The position numbers and the translations under genes are program-made. From positions 72,460 through 136,459 of the forward strand of contig JAHFKN010000002.1 of NCBI GenBank assembly GCA_023245355.1: a stretch of DNA of 64,000 bases, written 5' to 3'. This document shows, piece by piece, positions 40,951 through 51,726 of the stretch. The stretch comes from Candidatus Gottesmanbacteria bacterium (GTDB taxonomy: Bacteria; Patescibacteriota; Microgenomatia; UBA10105; UBA927). The notes beneath the pieces were generated by a model. That model was not told where the DNA came from. It saw only the letters and a program-made list of their open reading frames with translations, and did no database searches. How positions within the stretch are numbered: the stretch's first letter is position 1; every line of letters begins with the position of its first letter.

Positions 40951-42222
40951 TTACATTGATGTTTTTCCGAATATTTCCTGCGCGAGTTTTTCCCGTGTCA
41001 ACGCTTTTTCGCTTCGGGCCAGTATTTCCAATACGGGAACAACCGCTCCGTTTAGCGTTATTTGCACCCGCGTAAACGTAAATCTTCCTCTCGGGTCTTC
41101 AATTTCGACAAAATACACACCGCTCATGAGTTGTGTTGATGCAGCGAACTGTCCTAACTTGTTAGTTTTGAGAGCGCGCACAGGTACACCTTCGTGGTTT
41201 GTGACTGTTACCAGTATGCCGGGAAGCAAATTTCCGGCATCGTCTTTGACGAGTCCCGTTATGACGTTCGGCACGTTCGTTAAGCGGGGGAGTCCTACTT
41301 TCACCGCCCCCTCCTGTGTCGTGATGACGTTTACTGTTCCGCGTGTCATTGTCGCATCTTTGGCCGTCTGCGGCGGAGTTTTGGGTGCGACGGTGCGTTT
41401 AAGAGAAATCAGCTCATCTTCTGTTTTGTTTTTTGCTGCCAACACGTCGGTCAGCTGTTTTTGAAGCTCCAGTACGCGGTCTTCTGTAACGGATTTTGTG
41501 GCAAGGCGGGCCTCAAGAGTCATAAGCGTGTCTTCAAGTTGTTTCATTTTTTGCTGCATGGCAATTTCCTGTGCGGTTGTAGTTTGGACAACTGCGGGAG
41601 CTGGTGCTGTCGCCGCCGGGCGGTATCCGGCTACAGCAAGAGAAGGATCCGGAATGACAGGTTTATCAGTTGACTTGGGTGATTTCGGTTGGAAAAAGGC
41701 AAAAAGGTCGTCCATAAACGAGTGATGTGGTTTTGCAACAGTAACGGTTCCCTGTGGTATTGCCTGTTGGGTATTTGATTGGAATAATCCCGAGAGAGCG
41801 CTTTTCGGGGTTACGGACGGAGTAACAGGGGCCGCCTGCGGTGAGGTGGGCGCTACAGCTGCCGGCACAACCGGTTGTGGTGCGGGCTTTGCGGGAGCTG
41901 GTGCCGCCGGAGGAGCTTTAACTGTTTGTGTTTGGGCAGTGTGAGACCAGATATATTGTGTCGGGTTATAAATGCTTTTAAAAAAAGAAAACACCCAAAC
42001 GTCCATCGGTCGTTCCTCAATGGGTATAAAAGCAAATCCGACTCCCAAGAATGCAAACGCACCTGTTAATGGCCATGTGATGATAAACGGGAGCGGCAGT
42101 TTATACGCGATAAACGCGAGGATGGCGCCGCCGCACAGATACCCGAACTGTTTAATCGTCATGTCACCGATTAACCGGAATTGAAATGTGGTGACGTTTT
42201 GAGGTACCGGATGTTGCTCCAT
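40951..42222 (-). CDS. PrgI-family (VirB3-like) protein with Pro-rich linker, coiled coil and C-terminal beta-sandwich
   Basis: MEQHPVPQNV..F..IG.MT.KQF, two TMs, RP.D.W. Confidence 0.8.
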   Translation of the reverse strand: MEQHPVPQNVTTFQFRLIGDMTIKQFGYLCGGAILAFIAYKLPLPFIITWPLTGAFAFLGVGFAFIPIEERPMDVWVFSFFKSIYNPTQYIWSHTAQTQTVKAPPAAPAPAKPAPQPVVPAAVAPTSPQAAPVTPSVTPKSALSGLFQSNTQQAIPQGTVTVAKPHHSFMDDLFAFFQPKSPKSTDKPVIPDPSLAVAGYRPAATAPAPAVVQTTTAQEIAMQQKMKQLEDTLMTLEARLATKSVTEDRVLELQKQLTDVLAAKNKTEDELISLKRTVAPKTPPQTAKDATMTRGTVNVITTQEGAVKVGLPRLTNVPNVITGLVKDDAGNLLPGILVTVTNHEGVPVRALKTNKLGQFAASTQLMSGVYFVEIEDPRGRFTFTRVQITLNGAVVPVLEILARSEKALTREKLAQEIFGKTSM

Positions 42223-42446
42223 ACAATAATCATTGTAGAGGTAAAAATTATAGTGTTCAATAGCACAAAGCGCATCAGGACCGTGAAAACTCCACTTTTT
42301 AAGTTTTCACGAAAGGAATAAATATGTTCGGGAAACTTAGGTCTGTGTATCTTGTGTTGTAAACAAAACAACATGGAGCCCGTACAAGGCGCATTAAAAA
42401 TTACACGCATAAACCTGATGGGTTTTATCTATGATAAGATAGCCTC

Positions 42447-44630
42447 ATGGTCGCATCAGATCTCGTGGTATTAGAAATTCAAAACGCCAGAGAGAGCGAA
42501 GAGTCGCCCCTTGCGATGGAGCAGGTGTTTGCCGCTCTTGGAAGCGGCGGGGGTCATCAGAGTATTCTTTCCCGTTTGTTCAACCCCGGGCACACGCCGC
42601 CTTTTTTCAGTCTTGAGATGGTTTCGGTAAACAGCAGAATACATTTTTTTGTGGCAGTGCCGGAGTCTCTCCGGGGATACCTTGAGAGCCAGCTGACTGC
42701 GCAGTACCCGAGGTTGCTGATTGCAAAGGCACATGATTATGCGGAACACTTTCTTTCGCTTCCTCATGCGGCCGGGCAGCTTGTATACGGGAACAGCTAC
42801 TACCTGCCGATCAAAACATACAAAGACATCAAAGATCTTGATATTCTCTCCGGAGTGGCAGGACAGTTTGCCAAACTGGCGCCGCAGGAGGCGATTGCGC
42901 TGCAGATACGCGTGTCCCCTGCGGGTGGTGCCTGGCAACGGTCGCTTGCGTCTATTATCGCCCGGGGAGTGCCTGACCCGAATTCTACGGTCGGGCGCAC
43001 AAAGCCGCATCCGCATGCGCGGATTATGGAGGTAAAAATGAACCAGGTGGGCTTTTTTGCTTCATTGCGGCTTTTGGCTGTCGCCCCTACAGTCGAGCGT
43101 GCGCAACACATACTGCAGACGACGGCGGGATCCTTCGGGGTATACACCTTGGGAGAAGGGAATAATCTGGCGTTATCCGTTCCTCAGTTTTGGCAGAAGA
43201 AAAAATTTGAACATACGCTTCTTGTCCGTGGAGATTACGCCAGGCCGCAATTCCAGGTGATGGGGGCGTCGGAATTATCATCGCTATGGCATCCTCCGGG
43301 CATCGGGCTTTCCATGATCAAAAATATTCATTGGGGAGCGCATTTATTGGGTGAGGCACCGGCAAATTTGCCCATTTCGGTAGAAGACGCGGAAGAGAAG
43401 CGCCGTATCAACTTTTTTGCCCGGACGGAGTACAAAAATACGCCCACGATTTTCGGTATCAAAAAAGATGACCGTAGGAAACATGTCTACATCATCGGAA
43501 AAACCGGCACGGGAAAATCAACGCTGATTGCCAACATGGCGATAAATGATATGAAAAACGGGGAGGGTATGGCGGTCATTGATCCGCACGGGGATTTAAG
43601 TGAAATCATGCTGGATTACGTACCGTCACACCGGACAAATGATGTGGCATATCTGGATCCTGCGGACATGGATCACCCGTTTCACTTAAACCCTCTGGAG
43701 GTAAAAAATCCGGCCTACCGCGAGCTGGTCGCTTCCGGCATCGTGTCAATATTTTATAAACTGTATCACATGAGCTGGGGGCCCAGACTGGAGTATATTT
43801 TGCGGAATACGATCCTTACGCTTACACACGTTCCGCAGTCGACGTTTCTGGATATTCCTGAAATTCTTACAAACGATAAATACCGCGAAAAGATTGTCGA
43901 CAAGCTGGATGATCGGGTACTTAAAAATTTCTGGCTGAATGAATTTAATCGGTTGAGTCCGCAAATGCGGAGCGAATCCATTTCCCCGATTCTGAATAAG
44001 GTGGGTCAGTTTCTTTCGTCCAAGACAATCAGGAATATCGTAGGTCACCCTGTGTCTACCGTTGATTTGGAGAACATGATGAACGAGGGAAAAATCGTAA
44101 TCGTGAATCTTTCGCAGGGGAAGCTGGGAGAAGACAGCAGTGCGCTTTTGGGCGCCATGATTATTACGAAAATGCAGCTGGCCGCGATGAACCGGGTATA
44201 CACGGCAGAGGAGAGCCGCCGGGATTTTTACCTCTATGTTGATGAATTTCAAAATTTTGCAACCCAGTCGTTTATCAAAATACTTTCGGAAGCGCGTAAA
44301 TATAGGCTTAATTTAACGCTCGCAAATCAATATATCGGCCAGATCGATGAAGACGTGCAAAAAGCGATTTTCGGGAACGCGGGATCAATCGTTTCATTTG
44401 CGGTCGGCGCGGCTGACGCCCGCTTGCTTACCCGCGAATTCGGGGAGAAATACGAGGAATCGGAGCTTGTTGCACTCGGGAATTTCCAGATCGTTCTGAA
44501 GCTTTCCATTGATAATCAGACATCCACGCCGTTTTCTGCCATGACATTGCCGCTCCCCAGAAGTAAAAATGAGCACAGGGAAACGGTCATCCGCGTGTCT
44601 CGCGAACGGTATACAAAAAAGGTACAATAA
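42447..44630 (+). CDS. VirD4/TraG/TrwB-like coupling ATPase (HerA-FtsK superfamily)
   Basis: RRKH.YIIGKTGTGKS, IDPHGD, LYVDEFQNF, EARKY, ANQ. Confidence 0.88.
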   Translation: MVASDLVVLEIQNARESEESPLAMEQVFAALGSGGGHQSILSRLFNPGHTPPFFSLEMVSVNSRIHFFVAVPESLRGYLESQLTAQYPRLLIAKAHDYAEHFLSLPHAAGQLVYGNSYYLPIKTYKDIKDLDILSGVAGQFAKLAPQEAIALQIRVSPAGGAWQRSLASIIARGVPDPNSTVGRTKPHPHARIMEVKMNQVGFFASLRLLAVAPTVERAQHILQTTAGSFGVYTLGEGNNLALSVPQFWQKKKFEHTLLVRGDYARPQFQVMGASELSSLWHPPGIGLSMIKNIHWGAHLLGEAPANLPISVEDAEEKRRINFFARTEYKNTPTIFGIKKDDRRKHVYIIGKTGTGKSTLIANMAINDMKNGEGMAVIDPHGDLSEIMLDYVPSHRTNDVAYLDPADMDHPFHLNPLEVKNPAYRELVASGIVSIFYKLYHMSWGPRLEYILRNTILTLTHVPQSTFLDIPEILTNDKYREKIVDKLDDRVLKNFWLNEFNRLSPQMRSESISPILNKVGQFLSSKTIRNIVGHPVSTVDLENMMNEGKIVIVNLSQGKLGEDSSALLGAMIITKMQLAAMNRVYTAEESRRDFYLYVDEFQNFATQSFIKILSEARKYRLNLTLANQYIGQIDEDVQKAIFGNAGSIVSFAVGAADARLLTREFGEKYEESELVALGNFQIVLKLSIDNQTSTPFSAMTLPLPRSKNEHRETVIRVSRERYTKKVQ

Positions 44631-44637
44631 CTCCCGT

Positions 44638-45192
44638 ATGAATATCGGGCTGTTAGGCGGCGCATTCAATCCGCCCCACTTGGGACATCTCATGATTGCC
44701 CAGCAGGTGCTGGATTTTACCGACACGGACGAAGTGTGGTTTTTGCCCAATTACGGACAGATCCCCCCGAAGCCGGTGGCTGACGTTTCCCATCGCCTGG
44801 CCATGACAAATCTACTCACGCTTCCTCATACCCGGGTTTCTACGCTGGAAATAGACAATAAACTGGACGGGGACACGATTCATTTGCTCCCGCTTCTTCC
44901 AAAGGAGCATGTGTTCCGGTTTATTATCGGCTCGGATCAGTTGCCGACGCTTCATCTGTGGGGCTCCTGGCAGAAGTTGCTTTCTGAGCTTCCGTTTCTT
45001 GTGTTTCCGCGGTACGGATACCCGAATGAACCGCTGTATCCTAATATGACAGTCATCGGTCACGAACTTCTTGTCGGAACGAATATTTCGTCTACCAAGA
45101 TCCGGAAACGGGTGAAAAACGGTCTGCCGGTCGAGCAATTTGTTCCTCCTCTGGTTGCTTCCTATATCCGAAAGAACGGTTTATACCGATAA
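44638..45192 (+). CDS. nadD: Nicotinate-nucleotide adenylyltransferase
   Basis: GGAFNPPHLGH, IIGSD, W..W, ISST.IR. Confidence 0.88.
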   Translation: MNIGLLGGAFNPPHLGHLMIAQQVLDFTDTDEVWFLPNYGQIPPKPVADVSHRLAMTNLLTLPHTRVSTLEIDNKLDGDTIHLLPLLPKEHVFRFIIGSDQLPTLHLWGSWQKLLSELPFLVFPRYGYPNEPLYPNMTVIGHELLVGTNISSTKIRKRVKNGLPVEQFVPPLVASYIRKNGLYR

Positions 45193-45198
45193 ACTCCC

Positions 45199-45227
45199 TT
45201 GTTCTTATGATGGGGACACGTTAGAAT
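45199..45227 (+). promoter_or_regulatory. Putative sigma70 promoter of the 1211-aa gene
   Basis: TTGTTC, 17 nt, TAGAAT. Confidence 0.4.
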
Positions 45228-45268
45228 TAAGTTGAGCGCTGTTTATAGCGCGTCATTTCAATGCGTTT

Positions 45269-48200
45269 ATGGCAAACGAAGAATTATTCAAGCGGTTAAG
45301 TGAAGCGGCAAAAAAAGCTGCAGAAAGCGGCGGACAACCGCAGCCTCCGGAAGTGCCTCTACCCCCCGAAGTGCCGCTTCCCCCGGAGAAGCCGGAAGTG
45401 AAGGATACCGGAAAGCAGAAAGAGGTCAAGGAAGTAAGCCGCGAGCGCATAGCAAATCTTGCAGCAAAACTCGCAGAGTCTCAGTCAGAGGTGACCAAAA
45501 GGATTGTCGGCGAGAGTGGGGAGTTTCCCAAGGACGAGCGCGTGTTCGGCGTTATCGAAGCGCTTATCACGGCTGATGAAGCACAGTTGTCCGATTCCGC
45601 ATTTGTACGGGGTATAGGTGAGCAGTTGGTTGCACTCGCCAGGGAATCAGGACCCACAAGCGCTACGGCATTAGAGGCGCGGTCATATCTTGGAAAAATT
45701 GTTGCGGAACATCCTGAATTGGCACAGCTGCAGTTAGAAGCAATGCCGGCGATTTCCGGCGGCAGCGGGGCTCCTGAAGATGTGCCGGCTGATGATTCCG
45801 GCGATATAAACGGAGTCAAAGATCCTGAGTTGACCGGTGAGGTACAACATTTGTTTGATGAAGCGGCAGATGCGGATTTGAAAGACACGCCGCTGGCCGG
45901 TGACTTGCAGGAGCTTCAGTATCGTTTCCGTGTGGATCCGGGGGCCGCGTATGACAACCGGCTTACCGACGATGCCGTGCGGCGCATGGTAGAAAAGGGC
46001 CGGCGTGAAGGAGTTGATGAAAAGTTGGTGCAAAAAGCAGTTGAACGCGTCCGGTATTTTGAGCGATTTACGGATCTTCGGATGCAAAAACATCAGGAAA
46101 AACTCCGCGGCGGCAGAGTTGTGACATGGGGAGAAATCAGGGGGTCATCGCCGAATCCTGATTTGCATGCTGCTGACGAAGTGTTTTCCGATTTTAGAAA
46201 TATGCCTCCGGCAGATGTTGAATTGCTTATTCAGGGAGATGAGGGAGAGGCAAAATGGTATTTCGACTTTATCGATCAGATATATTCCATGGGACGGGAA
46301 GAAACGCGCCCGACGCTTACCCAGGATCAGCGCTTCCAGGAATTTAAGGATTATCTTGTATGGAAATACGGCGGGGAATATCATCTTGCCGTTCAGCTAT
46401 ATCAAAAACACTGGGACAGCAGAGGTCAGTACGAGTATGCCGTAAAAGGGCTCATGTACAACCCGGGAGACGTGAAAGACAGGCTGAAGGCGATGTCACT
46501 TCTTCAGGGAGCCGACTTGGATCACCTGTATAAAAATTTTGACCATTCAAACGAAGCGTACAGCTTATATGAACACGTGCTGTTTGAGCTTATGGCGACC
46601 AAGCGCGCAAAGTACGGCGAGGCCATAAAGTACATGCAGGAAGAAATTTCCTGGAACGGCAAGCACATGAAACGGGAAGACGTGTTAAAGGAACTCCGGG
46701 TGAAGCAGCGGCAGGAAGGGTTCGATCCTGCAACCGGCAAGAAAACCGAGAGTCCGCTTTCCATAGAGGATCAGCGGCTCATGCACGAGATTCAACAGCA
46801 GAATGATTTGGCGGCCGAAGGCGTTATGTTGTGGGACGATGACGTTCAAAGTTACACGGAGCTCCACATTACTCTTTCAAAGCTGCGTAATAATCGCGAA
46901 GAGTTGTTGAAGAAAAAAAGCCAGGGAACGGCGCTTACCGAAAAAGAAAATGAGCAGCTTGCTGAAGTTGACAGGTTATACCAGATTTATTCTCACAGAG
47001 AAGAGATGCTCAATGAAAATTTTACGCAGGAATTGTTGGAAACCCGCGGACTTTCCCCTGTGGATATAGAAGTACGCAAGCGGCTTGTCGAATACCTGCA
47101 GGCTCAGCATCCGGAGGATCCCAATTATAAGCCCGCAGAGTATGAAGTCCGTATGGCACTGTGGGCATCGCGTACCGCAATGATAGGGAGCGGGCGTATG
47201 GCAATGATCGGTGCTATGATGTCTATTCCTCCGGCGGTCGAATACGGGACAGCATCAGGGAAACATGTTATGCGCGCACCCGCATTTGAGGATATCCAGC
47301 GGATATTTAATCCGGAAACGTTTGCTACCCGGTTTAATATCGGAGGCGATATGGGTATCACCGCGCGGAGCATATTCCGTAAGAATCTGCTTAACACCAA
47401 AGGGATCAATCCTAAAGAGCCGGGGTGGTTTAAGAAAATCGGCGGAGCCGTCGAAAAGCTCGGAGACAAGTTCAAGATTACTCATTCCAAAGAATGGCAT
47501 GATGCGAAGCATCACGAGCACGATAAGCAGCGTCAGGCTTCTATGGAAGCGTGGGAGTTTGCGGAAGATGCCACCGGTATTTCATTCAGCGAGCTGCTGG
47601 GGCCCGGATTTATGGCGAGCGGAGGATTTTATGACGGCACCGCATGGCGGCTGGAAAAAGGTATTGCGGACGAGCTGCGCGGAAAACTGCTAAGCATGAA
47701 GAAGTTGCCGGAAAATGCTGCGCTGTTGGATAACCAGGCACTTTCAATCCAGCTGCTTACAGCAGGAAACGCCGCCGAGCGTAAACCCATTCTCGACCGG
47801 ATGCTTAGGCGCAATCCGTCAAAATTCCTTGAACTCTTAGAGGAAGATACCGAGCGGATATTAACCAAAAATAACATCACGCATGAAGAGTGGAAGAAAT
47901 TTAAAGAAGCGCTGTCGCTTGCTGAATTGAAGATGGCACACGAGAAGGAATGGCAATTTGCCCGTGTGGATCTGGCAGAAAAGAAAGATTTCGATGCACT
48001 CATTGCTCCGTATCTTGCGATATTAAAGCTTGACCCCGCGCGGTCAGAGAATTTGCGGCAGGTTCTGGTTGATATGCAGGCTGAGATATACCGCGGCCGC
48101 ACGGTAGAAGCCTCAGGTGGCACATTCCGTAACAAAATGGACGCCATTGCAGCATTGAAGTTGCCGTTAACCATGAGCATGACTGATTTTGACTGGAAAG

Positions 48201-48904
48201 AGTCGAATTTCTATCAGCTCGGAACCGTCGCAATGCACCGAAGAATCCGTGATGTAGGTGCGCAAATGCGCGCGCGCGACGGTATGCTCGGATTTTTCTC
48301 GAACGAAGAAATGGTGTTATCGCCGAATGACTATACCAAATCGCTTCAGAAAATGATGGAGGTCAGGACTGCGATAGTGGATTACTCGGGACCGGATGCG
48401 GCTGAAGCTACCGTAAAAGAAATGATGCGGGTGTTTTTCGAAATGAACCGGCACCGGAATTTGAATACGATCGGCTGGATACCGGGATTGACCCGCGGGC
48501 TTATGTATTTGGCCGAAGTAGATCTTAGGCCGCTTAAAAACAATAAGCTGCTTCAATTAGTGTTCGGAAAGGAACGCTGGCAGGAACTCGCGAAAGAAAA
48601 AATCAGCCACTGGCCGCATTCGGTGGGAGAGGCGATATCCTACTCTTCACGCTACACAGGAGCGCATGCAAATGCATGGGACGAAGCAAAAATGGAGGAA
48701 ATCCTCGTGTCCGCTCAGGACATGGGATTATTCATAAACCACCCGGAATTTATTCTGGATCTTCGGAATGAGTTTAAAACCGGGCTTCCGTATCGTCTGA
48801 CGGCGTTATACCGGAAGTATTGGTGGGTAGTGCTGGCAGCGACGCTGGCCATCGCAATTGAAAAGTCTACCAAGGAACAGGAAGGTGGAGGAGCGCACCA
48901 CTAG
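45269..48904 (+). CDS. Large hypothetical protein (1211 aa), Pro-rich N-terminus, C-terminal TM
   Basis: Long ORF, charged and helical-looking; PEVPLP repeats; YWWVVLAATLAIAI near the end. Confidence 0.75.
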   Translation: MANEELFKRLSEAAKKAAESGGQPQPPEVPLPPEVPLPPEKPEVKDTGKQKEVKEVSRERIANLAAKLAESQSEVTKRIVGESGEFPKDERVFGVIEALITADEAQLSDSAFVRGIGEQLVALARESGPTSATALEARSYLGKIVAEHPELAQLQLEAMPAISGGSGAPEDVPADDSGDINGVKDPELTGEVQHLFDEAADADLKDTPLAGDLQELQYRFRVDPGAAYDNRLTDDAVRRMVEKGRREGVDEKLVQKAVERVRYFERFTDLRMQKHQEKLRGGRVVTWGEIRGSSPNPDLHAADEVFSDFRNMPPADVELLIQGDEGEAKWYFDFIDQIYSMGREETRPTLTQDQRFQEFKDYLVWKYGGEYHLAVQLYQKHWDSRGQYEYAVKGLMYNPGDVKDRLKAMSLLQGADLDHLYKNFDHSNEAYSLYEHVLFELMATKRAKYGEAIKYMQEEISWNGKHMKREDVLKELRVKQRQEGFDPATGKKTESPLSIEDQRLMHEIQQQNDLAAEGVMLWDDDVQSYTELHITLSKLRNNREELLKKKSQGTALTEKENEQLAEVDRLYQIYSHREEMLNENFTQELLETRGLSPVDIEVRKRLVEYLQAQHPEDPNYKPAEYEVRMALWASRTAMIGSGRMAMIGAMMSIPPAVEYGTASGKHVMRAPAFEDIQRIFNPETFATRFNIGGDMGITARSIFRKNLLNTKGINPKEPGWFKKIGGAVEKLGDKFKITHSKEWHDAKHHEHDKQRQASMEAWEFAEDATGISFSELLGPGFMASGGFYDGTAWRLEKGIADELRGKLLSMKKLPENAALLDNQALSIQLLTAGNAAERKPILDRMLRRNPSKFLELLEEDTERILTKNNITHEEWKKFKEALSLAELKMAHEKEWQFARVDLAEKKDFDALIAPYLAILKLDPARSENLRQVLVDMQAEIYRGRTVEASGGTFRNKMDAIAALKLPLTMSMTDFDWKESNFYQLGTVAMHRRIRDVGAQMRARDGMLGFFSNEEMVLSPNDYTKSLQKMMEVRTAIVDYSGPDAAEATVKEMMRVFFEMNRHRNLNTIGWIPGLTRGLMYLAEVDLRPLKNNKLLQLVFGKERWQELAKEKISHWPHSVGEAISYSSRYTGAHANAWDEAKMEEILVSAQDMGLFINHPEFILDLRNEFKTGLPYRLTALYRKYWWVVLAATLAIAIEKSTKEQEGGGAHH

Positions 48905-48947
48905 AGACTAAGGATAAGGAAAAGACAGAGGAAAAAGAAAGACGTCT

Positions 48948-50543
48948 TTAGTGTCCGCCGCCGCCGGTAATTGATCCGAGGCCCTTTTCAGCTCCCTCAC
49001 GCGCAACCTGCATAGATGATTTTGCCTCAGGTTTATGGCGGAACGCGCTGGCTATAAAGCTCGCCTGATATCCTAAGTTAAACAGCGTTCCGACTCCGGA
49101 TCCTAATGGCCCGACAATCGGGCCGACGCCTCCCGGAACTAACGGCTCAGCTTTGAGGGATTTTTGCAGTCCCTGGATGATCGTCGGGATAACCATGAGC
49201 ATGCCGAGTCCGATCAGTCCGGCCATGCCATACGTTCCTTCTCCGGTAGAAAGCAGCGGCGGTGCCCATATTTTGGTTGAAACATCCTGCGAGGTGAGAA
49301 CGGCCGTCACAAGCAGCAGAAGCACGGTGATAGGGAATACAAGGATTTTGGATAATAAATTTTTAAACCACGAGCTGAATGCGTTCGTTCCCGGAATGGC
49401 CTCCATCATCAGTTGAAACGGAGCGGTAAGGAGCGAAATGATAATGTTTATATACGCATCCAGAAGCATGAAGATGAGCCGGATCACGCCAAACAGCAGG
49501 ATAATCAGAAATATGACGGCCAGCAGCACCGGCCCCGTGGTTAATCCGAGCAGGGCTCCCCGCAGACCGAACATATAGCCGATGACGCCCGGGACGACTG
49601 TCCATCCGGCAATTTTCCAGGGATCATTCTGTGTAATCATGGCTCCGATATCATCGTACGCCTGGAATCCGCTGGCAAAGAAGAACCGCAGGAGTCCGCT
49701 GACGCCTCCGTTTAAGAGCAGTTTCGTCGCGTTTTCTACGGGAGCTGTCGTAGACGGGGGAGTAAAGCTTGGCGGCAAGGCGTCGATATTGAGTGTGGTC
49801 GCAAGACTTAATAATTTACCTAAGTTCCCTCCCGACGCACTGTCCACTGCTGATGCCGAAAGGACAATCGCAAGATACATAAGATCAATCATGGCGCCGA
49901 CGATGGCATAGGAAAATGTTACCAGCACCAATGCAATGACAATCCGCGGGATGGCGTTCTGAACGGTGACTACTGTTTTGGGATCGATTTTTTTCCGGAA
50001 CATCACCATAAATCCGACAACGATGATAATGATGGCCAGCAGGGCGTAGGCGATGTTACGGAAGACTTTCCATAGCGGCAGCATACTGGCCAGTCCGGAA
50101 AATCCTATTCCCTGTGCTTCTGCTTTTTTGGGCATAAATCCCAAGGTTCTGCCTACATCCGCGATGTACTCAGTACTCCGCGCAGGCGGATTCCGGTACA
50201 TGGCAAGCGTGCTTCTGGCAAGACCTGCCATGGCGCTTTTTTGATAGCTTAGTCCGATCGGGCATCCCGGTGAGGCGGCATCGCACAACCCGCGGAAACC
50301 GATAATGAGCTGACCCTGGCTCATGGTTGCGGTTCCGACGTCTCCTGCCTGCTTGTTGAGCGCACCTTCCGATGCCTTCATAAGTCCCGCCACAACACAG
50401 TTCATGTCCAGATACCACGTCGCATCATCACACTCTGCTCCCGGCACTGCCGGAGGATCAGCGGCCATAACACGGGAAGGGACCGCTAAGGCTGCAGTCA
50501 AAAGTAAGAGAAATGCGCTGATAAACAAAACTACGCGACGCAT
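48948..50543 (-). CDS. VirB6/TrbL-like polytopic membrane protein
   Basis: Signal peptide, W..FRNIAY...G..M.R, multi-TM core with L.AP...IPG....W; next to pilins. Confidence 0.65.
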   Translation of the reverse strand: MRRVVLFISAFLLLLTAALAVPSRVMAADPPAVPGAECDDATWYLDMNCVVAGLMKASEGALNKQAGDVGTATMSQGQLIIGFRGLCDAASPGCPIGLSYQKSAMAGLARSTLAMYRNPPARSTEYIADVGRTLGFMPKKAEAQGIGFSGLASMLPLWKVFRNIAYALLAIIIIVVGFMVMFRKKIDPKTVVTVQNAIPRIVIALVLVTFSYAIVGAMIDLMYLAIVLSASAVDSASGGNLGKLLSLATTLNIDALPPSFTPPSTTAPVENATKLLLNGGVSGLLRFFFASGFQAYDDIGAMITQNDPWKIAGWTVVPGVIGYMFGLRGALLGLTTGPVLLAVIFLIILLFGVIRLIFMLLDAYINIIISLLTAPFQLMMEAIPGTNAFSSWFKNLLSKILVFPITVLLLLVTAVLTSQDVSTKIWAPPLLSTGEGTYGMAGLIGLGMLMVIPTIIQGLQKSLKAEPLVPGGVGPIVGPLGSGVGTLFNLGYQASFIASAFRHKPEAKSSMQVAREGAEKGLGSITGGGGH

Positions 50544-50579
50544 ACGTTCATTATCCCGATGAAATCAATCAAAGTCAAT

Positions 50580-50900
50580 CTACTGTGTGATCGTAAAATC
50601 GGTGACTTTGACACCTGTAAAGGTTTCGATTGTGAGAATGATAAGGTAAGCAAGCGACATGATAACGATGCCGATAATCGCCTGTGTGACTGTGCCTTTG
50701 GCGGCCTCCAGTTTTTTCTGATCGCCGCCGGAAAAAAGGAAGTTAAACCCGCCGACAAGCAGCATGATAAAGAGTGCTACCGCACCCAGTGATACAACTG
50801 CCCTGATGACATTGGTAACAAGCGGAACCAGACACTGAATTGAAGCGACTCCCTGAGCCTCTGTAATGCCATAGCCCTGAGAACAAGCATCAGTGTTCAT
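50580..50900 (-). CDS. VirB2/TrbC-like pilin
   Basis: Two TMs flanking GGF.F.FSGGD.KKLE.AK....AIIG. Confidence 0.8.
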   Translation of the reverse strand: MNTDACSQGYGITEAQGVASIQCLVPLVTNVIRAVVSLGAVALFIMLLVGGFNFLFSGGDQKKLEAAKGTVTQAIIGIVIMSLAYLIILTIETFTGVKVTDFTITQ

Positions 50901-50971
50901 ATACGGATATTATTACGTACTCCGGTAGGCTGTGACAAGAGCCCCCTTATGCTGCACGAAAGTTTTTCGGG

Positions 50972-51301
50972 TTAATACGGCTTCGGGAAGTTAATGGAGC
51001 CGCCGATAATCTGCACGCCCAGAAAGTTCTGGACAAGCGTCATTACCGCCCATGCGGAACCCACAATGATGAGTCCGACGATTGCGTGGGTAATTTTATT
51101 GCGGGCTTCCTCCATGCCGGCTTTGTCGCCGCCTGAGGTAATCCATTTAATGCCTCCCAGGATGAGGTAAAGAAAGGCGAGTAAGGCTGCGATGATAAGA
51201 ACGGTGCCGACGAGGGCACTGATCAATTTACCGATGTCGGTAATTTTGATCGTATCCGGCTGTTTGACATCAAGAGCTGCTTGGGCAAATACTTTCTGCA
51301 T
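50972..51301 (-). CDS. VirB2/TrbC-like pilin (candidate major subunit)
   Basis: GGIKWITSGGDK...ARNKIT.AIVG; own promoter and SD. Confidence 0.8.
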   Translation of the reverse strand: MQKVFAQAALDVKQPDTIKITDIGKLISALVGTVLIIAALLAFLYLILGGIKWITSGGDKAGMEEARNKITHAIVGLIIVGSAWAVMTLVQNFLGVQIIGGSINFPKPY

Positions 51302-51307
51302 AATCAA

Positions 51308-51363
51308 TCCTTTCGTCAAATCAATACAACCTTTATTATACCTTACTTACCATTCTTGCGCAA
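51308..51363 (-). promoter_or_regulatory. Promoter and SD of pilin 50972-51301
   Basis: TTGCGC (51363-51358), 17 nt, TATAAT (51340-51335); AAAGGA 6 nt before ATG. Confidence 0.55.
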
Positions 51364-51384
51364 GAAAACGGGATTTGTCAACAC

Positions 51385-51726
51385 TTAGTTGCCGATTGTC
51401 GGAATCGGAAGATTGGGGAAATCCAACCCCAGGAAATTACTGACAATCATCATGACTGCCCAGGATGCGCCCACTACAACCAGCCCGATTAACGCATTGG
51501 TGATTTTGTCCCGTGCAGACTGAAGTTTGGCTTTGTCGCCCGCGCTTGTGACCCAGTCAAGACCACCCAGGAACATATAGAGGAGTGCCGATATAAACGC
51601 CAGAATCAGAAATACGCCGACGATTGAGCTGATAAGCGACCCGATGATCGGAGGACCGGCCTCTTTTCCGCCCGAACCGAGTGCGCCGGGAAGTACGGGA
51701 TTGATAATTTGTGCAAGTTGGTGCAT
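51385..51726 (-). CDS. VirB2/TrbC-like pilin
   Basis: GGLDWVTSAGDKAKLQSARDKITNALIG. Confidence 0.8.
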   Translation of the reverse strand: MHQLAQIINPVLPGALGSGGKEAGPPIIGSLISSIVGVFLILAFISALLYMFLGGLDWVTSAGDKAKLQSARDKITNALIGLVVVGASWAVMMIVSNFLGLDFPNLPIPTIGN

